This document shows positions 31,707 through 43,358 of a DNA stretch of 64,000 nt, one piece after another (position 1 is the first letter of the stretch; every line of letters begins with the position of its first letter). The stretch is taken from contig NW_002060977.1 in assembly GCF_000150275.1 (NCBI RefSeq), forward strand, positions 129,235-193,234. The letters are read 5' to 3'. The notes under the pieces were generated by a model that was given only the letters and a program-made list of their open reading frames with translations, did not search any database and was not told the origin of the DNA. The stretch is from Trichoplax adhaerens (lineage: Eukaryota; Animalia; Placozoa). A program made the position numbers and the translations under genes.

Positions 31707-32071
31707 TGTTGAACTGTACTGTACAGTATAGTACAGTACTGTAGTTTATGCATCAGTACTGCTNTGCATTATACATGATTGCATCTAATTGCATCATGTC
31801 TACCTACAGTATTTCTACATTGTACAATGTACAGTACACTAAAGTGATACAACAGTAAAATATCTGCGTTGACTCTCGATTCTCATCAGCACAGTAACTT
31901 TATGTTTTAAATTGACAATATCTACTCGTCTTTTCTGATAACTAGAAGGCATCATTTTTTATGTAACTACCACTACTGTACTGTATACTAGAGACCCTCT
32001 ATTATGGTTTCTACTGTACAGTACACTAGAGACCCTCTTAGGGTTTCTACTTTCTACTGTACTGTACAGTA

Positions 32072-32489
32072 CAGTGTGAAGCAGTTCGAATCAGAGTACG
32101 GGTGTACTGTACAGGGTTAAAATCACGAGTGTGAATCAAAATGTAATAAGACCTAAGAATTAAATTATACGAATATAAAGCTGAATAACTTGGCTTTTTA
32201 ATTTAATTGATTAAAATGAGGTTATTATTCAGCTTTATATTCGTATAATTCTTATTACATTTTGAATCACACTCGTGATTTTAGGATACCTTAAAGTACT
32301 CTGATTCGAACTGGTTCACACTGGTGTGAGCCAGTTCTCTTTAGAGTGCTATTAGGCAAAATAAATTGTAGTAAAGTTGCAAAATTTGCCTTAAATTCTA
32401 AATTCTATGTACATACAGTACAGTACAGTACAGATAGATGAAGATTTTAGGATACCTTAAAGTACTCTGATTCGAACTGGTTCACATTG
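32072..32489. mobile_element. Tc1/mariner-type composite foldback MITE with TA target-site duplication
   Basis: TA|CAGTGTGAAGCAGTTCGAATCAGAGTAC ... GTACTCTGATTCGAACTGGTTCACACTG (32323), then a second unit ending ...GGTTCACATTG|TA. ~100-bp inverted arms. Absent from the sister copy, which reads acagTActgtacgcatt at the same site. Confidence 0.85.
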
Positions 32490-34502
32490 TACTGTACGCA
32501 TTAGAGACTTTCAGTACAGTACTGTACCGATGAGATAAAGTCATGACCCCGTGACCTTTTGCCTTCATAGTACTGTACTGTACCATTGACAACTACTGTA
32601 CTGTACGTACTGTATAGTACCGTACTGTACAGTATCATTAATTTGCGCGTGAGATTGCTGAGTCATACAGTACTTTATGTACTCTGCTGTACACATTCCT
32701 TGCACATTGCAGGTCACTCCAGTGTACACTACGGTAGAGCGTAAATTACTCTTTTAAGGTTCATGGCTTAAGCCATACTGTACAGTACAGAAGGCAAGTA
32801 AGCTTTAGTAGTAGTGGAGCACTGTAGCACACCGAACTATGTATTGTGCGAGCTTACTTTTGCATATTTTGGATTTACCGATCATTCAGTCTGCCAGCGT
32901 ACCTGATAGTGAAATTGCGGGCTAAAAAGTTATGCAGCTAAAGTTTTACATATACAGTTCACTGTAATCTGAGGTGTGAATAAGTTTACTGTCAACTCCA
33001 TCTGAGACGGCTGACTTTATCACGCCATGTGTAGATTGTAGACTGCGCAGCATCACACCATACCATGTGGCCCACGCCACAGTTCGGCATTGTACTGTAC
33101 TGTACGAGTGTACTGTACTGTACAGTGTACAGTTTTGCGAAGCAGGAACTGTGAACTACATGAAACACGCTAATAATACTACTGTAGTTGAGTACTGTAC
33201 AGTACAGTACAGTACTCTTTGATTTATGCTACAGTCCAAACTACAGTACAGTACAGTACAAGGGGACTGACTGCATTGTAAATGAATTCATTTTTCATTG
33301 TAAAATATAGAGACAGGTTGCTAGATACACACGGTGCAGTGAGGCGGTGTTAGGACAAGCAAACGTGGCACAATCCTTACCGAAGCACAAACTATCCTGC
33401 GCGTCATTTAACCGCATTTTTCAAGAAATTGGCTTAATATTTAGGTAGATAGCAATTAATCTTCATGAATCGATGTTACAGCGAAATTGTTTTTGTACTA
33501 GTTTGATGCTTAAATTGGATAGAAAGATTTAGAAATTAAACCATGCCTCACCAACCATACATGTACCGATCAAAAATTTAGAAAATTTTTGCATATATCA
33601 CCGTTGTATAGCTCGTACGAACCTCAATACTACAGTAACTCTACTGTGTTGTACATTCCGGGTTGTGTTTTGAGCGTCTAATTAACCCAGCATTCCCATG
33701 GAACACCAGGAAATCGAAAAATCGCCGAAAGGAGGTGTGTGAATGTACTGTGGATTTATACAGTATAGCATACAGCATACAGTACAGTATATAATTTCTG
33801 ATTGAACAAGTCACCGTACTCATTACCTATACTGTACACTACAGGACATACAGTACAGTACTGTAGTGTACCAGAGTGATACTGTAATTGTCATCAGTAC
33901 TGAACTGTACTGTACTGTACTGTTTGATGCAACAATTGCAATTTCGAATGTGGGATAGCGTCGTACTGTGCAGTACGTACTATACATACTGTACTGTACT
34001 GTAATGTAATTGTACTGTACAGTATGTTTGCAGCCAAATAGATACTGGACGAGAGATGCTGCAATAAAGATTGCTGTACAGTATGTTTATGGGATTAATT
34101 AAGAATCATTTATTCGTCTAATATGCTTTGTAAAACCTGATGATCATCTCGTAATGGTCAATTCGATAGACACGTACAGTAAAAGTACAGCCGTTCAATA
34201 TCATCGATATTTTCAGGACTTGACATCGGTGTACGGACGATCAGGAAGGCTAATTTAGGTTTTAATATCGATTTTGCATCATGAAATATGTACGGATAGC
34301 TGCAGGACTATGAGCTAGTTTATGAGATCGTATCAATATCCAATCGATATGACTGGATATTGAACGAGGCATCATTAGATTACATCAAGAATTACATACG
34401 TACTTTGTATATGTAAAGTATACTATTGTGATGCATGGTATATCATAGTCAGATGCGTGCTTAGATAAGGCTGTCTTGAAACTTGTTGCAGTACTATCTG
34501 AT

Positions 34503-36326
34503 ATGGACAGGATATCCGTCAATAGCTATGATGCTGCCGTTGATACCCATCGAATTCGCTGGAATAAACCTCAAGATACTGAGGGTTAGCAACGAAAATT
34601 CTTCCCATAGATACCAGGCTAAATCGATTGTCTCCATCTCTACTATCGGATCAAACACAGAAGTAATGTATTGTTTGTAATTATTTTTACTGCCTAGGTA
34701 CTCCAGAAGTAGCACCATGTGGACTGTCACAAAAGACTTTCAAAATGCTGGCAGGACTTGTGATTGTAATTGCAATTGCCGTCTCCTGGGTTGGCTCCAC
34801 TCAATTTGCACAGAGCACCTATAGCGCAACATTTTTTGCACCGTATTTCACAACCTGGTATATTTGTGCTATTTCAAATAACATTCGAACATTGCTTTAG
34901 TTTTATCTCTTTCTTAAAGTGTGCAACTTCTTAGCACATTGATTTTGCAACGTCACCGCCTTTTAAAACTAAATTTAAGTAATTTAATGTTAATCGCTTT
35001 GATAGGTTTTCTACCTGCTGGATTATTGTATGTTACCCGACCATGTTACTTGTTGGTAAGCTGAAGGGCAGGTCATTTACTGAAATGTACAGGTATAGTG
35101 ATATTAACAATTCATTTTAGGCGATATTTTAAATATAAATATCATGTTAATACTAATAGTTAGTGGACATTGCCTAATGGAATGCTGATAATCCAATACT
35201 GTAGGGAGAGCGAAACTATCTACGGCCCGCGTGGGTTATGCTTGATGAACATACTCAAAATTGCTCTTCCATTCTGTATTTGCTGGATAGTAGCCAATTT
35301 CCTGTACATTTACGCTTTGGGATTAATTCAGCCATCCGACGTAACAGCAATCTTCTCGTCGACGTCAGCTTTTGTATATGTTTTTTCCTTAATCTGGTTA
35401 AAGGAATCATTTATGATACTTAGGGTAGGCTTCCGTAATTTTTAATGCAAATACAATTTGGACGTTGCAGTCCTCTTTGCGAATTTCTGTGAAGAATATT
35501 GATCGACAATTCCTTAATTTTTTAAAATTAACCTGAATTGTCTTGCAGGCGATGGCTACCGCAATATCAATTGTTGGAATAGTTCTCTTTGCCTACTCAG
35601 ACGGCTTTGGTCGCTTTCAATTAGTTGGGGTATTCTTGACTGTTGGGGGTTCGATTGCGGCATCTCTGTATAAGGTAACTACAATGCTAAAGTGAAATAA
35701 TGCATATTCTAATGCGACTACGCTGATTATTATTCATGCTAAAATAAATTAATTATTTCACGTAGGTATGGTTAAAACGAGTTGTTGGAAACGCTTCTTT
35801 TAACCAGATAGGTTTTTTCCTGTCTGTATTAGGACTTTTGAATCTTCTCCTGTTTTGGCCAATTATTTTAATTTTGTATTATACAAACGCTGAGACAATT
35901 GATTGGAATAATCTTCCAATAACTTTCTTATGTGGTTCAGCAGTTTTGGGTGTAGCGTTTAATTTCCTTGTAAACTTTGGTATCGCCTTCACATTTCCGC
36001 TGTTTATTTCGCTTGGAACTGTAATTGGTATTCCAATAAATGCGTTAGTTGACACGATATTTCGCCAGAAAAGCTTTGGTGCTATTAAGATTGGTGGTAG
36101 CGCTTGCATTATTATCGGGTTCTTGGTAATGCTAATCGGGGATGAGAAATCCCGACAAATATCTGATAATATTATGAGCATTTTATGCTGTGGAAGATCA
36201 GTTCAATTTTGCCATAGATCTACTGATAATCTTAAAGAAGATGAGTTAGAGAGTGACCCTAAAGATATTCCTTCAGTAGCAGATATGAATAGTCACAATA
36301 AAATTGAAAATGGAGTGAAAGCGTGA
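34503..36326 (+). CDS. SLC35F3/4: SLC35F3/F4-like EamA/DMT transporter (putative thiamine/choline-type solute carrier), ~411 aa. Exons 34503-34584, 34698-34857, 35006-35092, 35205-35424, 35549-35674, 35766-36326
   Basis: VSWVGSTQFA, APYFTTWFST, ANFLYIYAL..DVTAIFS, AYSDGF, ASLYKV, FNFLVNFGIAFTFPLFISLGT. In-frame GT-AG joins. Confidence 0.9.
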
Positions 36327-37812
36327 GCCTATTCTATGTATTGTTGACAATAAGATAATTAGACTTGAAATCTTCAATATTGGACTTATACCCTGTTACT
36401 GTTTTACTGAAGCTGCCATACCGATATTACTGTAATGTCGCAATAATGTTATCGTTATGAATGTAGAGTTTGAATAATATTATTCAATTGTTTAAATGCT
36501 ATCTATTGAATCGTAAATATGATATCGATGAATACTTTTTTATGAGTATTTTACATTCTAAATATCAATACTTGGCTGTATTCTTTATTTGTTTGATTGA
36601 TAAATTTCGCTTATCTTCCTGTCTTTCACTTATTATTTAATATTTTATTTAATTACTTGAATATTCGAGGAGGTTATTCAGACAGCCCTGGTTGATACTC
36701 TTCAATTGTTAGTTCTATATTTTATAAGTTATGTCAACTTAATTTAATTCTAGGACTATACTCATATTCGTAAGATTTTCGAATAAAGTTTGAAGATAGG
36801 TTTAGCATCGTCACGCTATTTAACTATGTTGTTGATCTATTAGAAAAACAGATTCATGATACAGTACCATATGTATCAATTTTACCTTACTACTAAAGTA
36901 CCGGCCAACTTCGATATGATGAGGATATGTTGCTGCCTGCTTACATGTCCAGGAAGAAATAGTAATAAGGACACAAACATGATGTTCTGTTACATTATTC
37001 TTCCCGTGGAATCGTCCACTATGCAATAACATTTAAAAATATAATTGCAAGTATTGATTACTACTCTAGGATTTTAAATGCAAGTATTTGCTTAACTTGA
37101 CAGTGTGCATGTCGGCCATAGGTTGGAAATGAAATTATAACTCTAGATGCAAAAATATACCGTTCATGGTTAAAATTTTCAATCCTACGTGTACGTTTAG
37201 GTATTTCACAGGACTATACATGTAGGTATTAAGTAGATGGCACAAAATATCTGAGTCTTCGAAATCAGGCTATAATTTTTAGCATTTCATAATAACTTTT
37301 GATATCCTTCGCTAATTAAACACCGTCGGCATTCCAAGGTTAAAGGAGGCTCAGCTTGGTATTTCTTAATATATTTCGAATTATAAATTTCTATCAGGGA
37401 TGACGACAATTCCATGATGATACTAAAGCTTTTGAAATGGTAGTTTAGAATCGCGTTAATTTATATCGAATTAACGTGAATGTATGTTTCACAAAGTGTT
37501 GCAAGGTTCTGCGTTAGGAAAAGATATATCTGAAAAATTGTTTTACTTTTTGTTTACAGATAATGAAAAGCATTAAAAACTAAACGTCATCTGCTATTAA
37601 TTTGACCATATTTTATTATTAAGTAATTGTAAATGTAGATTTTATCTATTAAGCGTAGTATATCATCACAAATAAATAATACAAGGTTAAACTACTTAAA
37701 AATAGCGATTAAATTCTATTAAATTAACGTAGGAACAGGAATTACGGTGAAAAGAACTAATTTAGTAATATGCCACAATGATAAATTAAGACATTGATTA
37801 AAACACTATAGT

Positions 37813-39185
37813 TTACCGACTTTGTTCTTTTCCATTTACTTTGACACTTATCGTGGATTCCGCCGCATAAGAAATAGAAAGTCGCGTATTGACAGTTTCT
37901 GTAGCAAGTAATAAACGTACGGTTAAAATTTTAGAATGCATTTTCTTAATATTATAACTTTTGAAATTATCTTTTTGTTGACTATCTAGACATATATATG
38001 GCTGTTGGAGATTCATTAATTTCTTCTGATTATCTAGTTTAGTATATTTTGATGTAACCGTATTTACCTTCAACATGGATCGTGTCCTCATCGCCATTTA
38101 TAAAACTACAAGGGCAATAACCTTGATCTGTTAGACTCTAGTAATCATAACAAAATATTACGATCGAATTTGCAATTACGTTATGTTATACTTGTGCAGC
38201 GATAATGCTGTTGTGCCTTTCCATTTTTTTTTTATATTACTTACCTTTGCTGGTTGACAGCAGCAGTAAACTGCCAAAATGATTAACGTTACTCCGCTGA
38301 CAACAATTTCTAATGCTCCAGCAGCGAAAACAGCGTAAGAATACCAGGTAATAAATCGTCTATTGCTTCCTGTCTGGATGATTATAAATGCTGCCACCGG
38401 AATGAAACTAACGAAGAAGCTTAGCAAGGTAAAGACAAAGTACCCTCGCAGCTATAAGGAAAGGTTTTAGATTTTAAGACTTAATTGTCCACAGTATTTT
38501 AACTTCTTAGACATTTAAGCAACAACATCTCAAGAAGCAAATCCTTTGATATAAAAAAAATTCACGATAGTATTCATTAAAAATGAAAGCTTCCTAAGTT
38601 GGATTTCATTACCAAATTAATCGTAGCCCGGTTTCGATTCAAGAAGCAACCAAAAGTACCAGCGAATGCATACTAAAATAGAATATCTATCATTAGTACT
38701 GTACGACTACTTATTGATCAATTTTTAATAGATATGAGCTATCTTTTGTCGTATCTTAATCGGTATTGGATAAGTATACTAAAAAACTTCCAATTTTATC
38801 ACACACATTTTAGCTACTATTACGGTTTATTAGGATAAAAGCTTAATCATGAAAGCACTAGAATCACGAAATTAGTTAAAATATCCAATAATGCTAACTA
38901 ACTATAATCGGATTATGTTTTACTAACAAAAACGCCAATTCAAAATCCCACTCCAGAAGTAAAAGTAAGGTTGTAATGAATGTAGCGCTCGTTAAGACTG
39001 AAACCGACCATGGCTGTTATGGCAAAGCCAGCTAATAATTGATATAAACTGAGGATAAAGTATAAGGTGTGTAATATCGGTGGAAATGCTTGTAGTTGAG
39101 GTTCAAATTCATAAGTATCGACAAGGCATTCGTTATTTTCTTTCGAATCTTGGCTTTCAGTCACGGCTAGAACCAATTCTCTCAT
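37813..39185 (-). pseudogene. CD20/MS4A-like four-TM gene with in-frame TGA at 38940-38942. Exons 38928-39185, 38613-38672, 38245-38451, 38068-38137, 37813-37898
   Basis: GVGF*IGVF|YAFAGTFG aligns with paralog GVNIWAGLI|YMLTGATG. Same 5-exon structure (phases 0, 0, 0, 1); downstream exons are open and spliceable. Confidence 0.7.
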
Positions 39186-42100
39186 TTTTTGTTGTTGTGG
39201 ATGCCGTCATTGATGTAGAACAGAGTTAATAAAAATTAGTTATTCATAATATCCTGTTATATAGTCATGATACGCCTCATCTATTTCTCACTATTACTAT
39301 ATAATACCTTACTATATTGTCGATCCATATATAACCTCAATAAGGGACCGTTATGATCAATAAGCATTTGCTTCTATATATTATAAAATACCATTGTTTC
39401 GATGTTTCAATAACATTTATATTTCGAACTAATGGTTATATTTGATACTAGCTTCGTTCTAATTTTGGAGATTCTGAGTCAAGACAATGCTATAAAGCAC
39501 TATTATTAAAAAGTATTATTGCAATAAAGATACAATTGAAATTGCTATTGTCAACGTAACATTAGATAGACCTTTGCTTCTAGCTTAAGTTTTAAATTAT
39601 TCATGATCATACACAATGCAGTGTTTGAAATCCAACAGTTTGCAAAATGACCGATTTCGCATGCGGTCACGTTCATATAGACAATTAAAACATCATTTAC
39701 ATGATGAATTATTATAATTCTAAAAATCATGCATGTACGTACAATATTTTTGGCCGAACAGTCTTTGAAGCTAGAATAAATATGGCAAGAGATTTATATA
39801 AAGAGAGAAATTTAATATTTAGCTTTGAAGGAGTTGTACTACGGCCCTTTTATTACTTTGAATGAATCTTTGATTTCGTTCTAGTCTTCTGTTAATAAAC
39901 TTTCAATATCCAAAATGGAAGAGTAATGCCAGAATTTGATCCATAGAAATAATGTACGATCCCCGAGCTGAAAACCCGTAAATAAAGTATTAAGAATCAA
40001 TTAAACATTCAAGTAAAAGTTCATATTGATGCATCTGTTTTTAAAGTATCACATATCCACTAGGTAATCAACAGATTTATCTAGTCTAAGGTTTTAAATT
40101 AGAATTCTCAATAATCGATAAGAAGGAAATAACTCATTTTATTAATATATAGCTAAATCAATTATTAGTAAAATCAATATAAGAAGCAACATGTAATCTC
40201 TAAAGTATCAAAATTCTTCATTGTTATAAACTATTACAACAAAATTAAAATCGTAACGTAAACATACATAGTAAGTTAGAAATCTCAGTAAAATGATCTG
40301 AAATAGCAATAAGTACTTACAAAATTGAAATCATCGCTTCAGTTGCAGTTTACTATGCAGTTGCTTTTTAAAGTGATTTTTTTGTCTTGCCTTGAAAAGT
40401 AATTGTCTATGTTAAGCAATTTAAGCTTGAAAGTGAAGTATGCTATCTTTTATTACTACAAATATATGATTGTTTCAGCCGTAAATAAACTGGAATAAGG
40501 TGAATAAATACGATTTGACAGTATACAGAAAGATGATAAATCAGTGCTACTAAAGATATATCATAGTTATTCCAATTACATATGAAGATTCGAAAAAGTT
40601 TGCTTTAATTAAAAATATATAAATTTACTGTTACTAAGTTAAACTTCTCTAATTTGTGTTAAATTTATTATTTTAATCGTAAATAAACTCTTATTTTTAG
40701 TCATAACAACAGCTTTAACTAATAAAAGCCTGAACTTATAAGAATAAATCTCCCTTTACGACGGTCAAATTAGCTATATGCATGTGGAAAATTTTATTTT
40801 TTTCGAAATTAAATAGCAATTCTCCTAATTTTAATTCTCCTTTAAGTTTATTTTAGTAAAACAATACCCTACTGTTATACTCGTATTCCTACTATTATCT
40901 TCTACTCTTTTTTAAATTTTGCTCTATTGTATAATAGTTCAGTAGATACAACTTCATTTATCCTAACATAGCGAAAGTTTCATGGCTAAACTAGTATTAA
41001 CTACTGTGATGGTGGGTTCAATATCTCAGAGGATTGAGATTTAGTCGCCATTTACAATTATTACAACAAAGGGTTCATAAAAGTAATGCTTTATTGTAGG
41101 TTAGTAATGTGAAGTACATTGAGGTAGTTACGGTAGATCAGCGTGCAAGCTGTCGTGAGTAACGAGTAGAAGTATTAGACTGTGAGAGACTAACTAGAAG
41201 ACTAACTGAGAGGCTAACGAACTCTGAGGTAGAAATCGCCGGTATTTATAGTTTTAAAGATAGAGCACATGTAGAGAATAGGATTGTGGAATTAGATACA
41301 ACATATACCATAACAGGTTACAAAATAGCAGATGATTGTAGAAAACAGCGAGTACCGTAATAACTAAATACAGTAGTCTATATATGAATGTAGAGTAAGC
41401 GGACTGTAGATCTGTCTAAATATAAGAGCAATACAACATGTCTATATTTAAGAGTAGAACATGGTTGCAGTATATTCTAAATACACTACAACTACTATTA
41501 ATAACATAAATTTATATGAAATCTTTCAAATCATTCCATTAATTTTCTACATTTTATTTAGCATCAATGTGTTATTGAGTAACATTATTGCCCTTTCTAT
41601 CTCTAACAGGGAAATGTTAGATTCTGTCAACGTTGTTCAATCATAACTACTTGAGCGGCATCTATCATAAATAAGCCTCTTACAGTGAGATTTCAATTAA
41701 AAGGTTTGAAATAGAATATAATGCAGGTGATATCATTCACACCGACAAATTATGAAAACAATTCATAAATTGAATTGCAGGCATTTCATTAATTCTTCAA
41801 TAATATAATTATAATTAAGTGAAGAGAGCCTCATGATCCTCATAGTAGTTTACTCTGTAAGACATTACCGAGGGTTTCGTTTGTTGGATGATTTTAGTTG
41901 TAATACTTTACCATAGTGTTTCGATGGTCTAAGACATAGTATTCCCTTCGTTATAAGTATTGCTTTATTTGACATTTACCAATGATATTTTGTGGGAAGA
42001 ATATGAAATACAGTATACAAATGTCGATTAACTCTAGATTACGTTAATTTGGTTCCAAGCAACAAATTCTAGTACGAAAAATTTTAAATACCATAGAAGA

Positions 42101-43358
42101 CGATAGAATGATTTGCGGTGCCTACATTGGTATTTAAAACTGCAGGATACACTATTCATATATTTACACTTAAGAAGGTTCTTTTTCAGCAACATACTTT
42201 ATTAATGCGGATTAATTAATAGAACTCTGTGTTCGATTTAGCCATTGGATATTAAATTTGGAACCTCAGTCTATAACTAGAATTAGTAGCATGAAAAATT
42301 TTCTGATGTTAGAGCATTAGAGATTGAATATGTTATCGCCACATCGCTGTTCCTAAATAGTTGAACATTAATTAGAGTGAAGTTGTAAAGCGGAAAATTG
42401 TACAGTAAATGCTAAATATGAGAAATCGTTAGCATCCTAATCAATTACAGCAAGCTATGATATTATATCGGAGCAATTCAGAAGATCGCGCAGGAAAGTT
42501 ATTTAACATTTATAACCTATCGTGCATACATTCTTACTGGGATTATATAATCGAAATTATTGCTAGAGCAGAAGAATGTCTGAAATGCAAAAATTTACAG
42601 TCGGACCATTTTAAAACTGCAATACAGGTAATAGTAATGATCTAACTTGATCACGTTATATAATCTTATAACAACATTAACATGAATAAATAGGCATGAT
42701 ATTGGCTATGGTATATACACTAGCGAACTGAGTTTGGGCTTGTGCTTTAATGAAGTATGCTTATTTTGCATTTTCTACCGTAATAGAGTTCGGTTAAAGG
42801 TAGTACAATATTTTCCGAAATATAACTAATATCTACTAGATCTTTGCTTGTAATAGCTAAACCTATATTTTTAACAGTGCAATGAAAGGAAAGGCAATGA
42901 TTCCCTTAAGCGACAGATATTACATTGATATTTCAATTCATATATGATATGTAACATCAAGTAGGTTAATGGCAAAGCTATTCCTAGAATAAAAGCTAAA
43001 TAATAGCCACACTTCACTATATCGATTAAAGAGGTTAAGATTACCGTCAATAGCATTAAGAATTATTCTACTTCTCAATGTCAGATTTATTAAAACTAGG
43101 CTTATCTTAATATCTCAGTGTAATTATGCATTCTATTTCAGGTGTATTTAACTGTCGGCCGTAGATTTAGTAGCCATACACTGTCTTAAATGCTAATCGC
43201 ACTGAGAGTTAATACCTTTAAATGATTAAAATTACAGTTTGCTAAAGTTTTATAGCATCTTTTGGTATTTATAACTTACGCTAACAATAATAATGATAAT
43301 AGCTTATTTCCTAACCGATATAAGCTGCCAAAAAGGCAATCAACTTATAAACCTGAAT

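Larger units (their letters stand above)
31194..32555. repeat. Two near-identical copies (31194-31636; 31707-32071 + 32490-32555) either side of the N gap; probably two haplotypes or a tandem duplicate
   Basis: Both start tgttgaactgtactgtacagtatag and end gagataaagtcatgaccccgtgacc. Confidence 0.9.
30975..34090. repeat. Extended region rich in mixed TACAG/TACTG units between the divergent SLC35F genes
   Basis: Dozens of runs such as gtacagtacagtacagtacag (30982), tactgtactgtacgagtgtactgtactgtacagtg (33093), actgtactgtactgtactg (33904). Confidence 0.9.
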
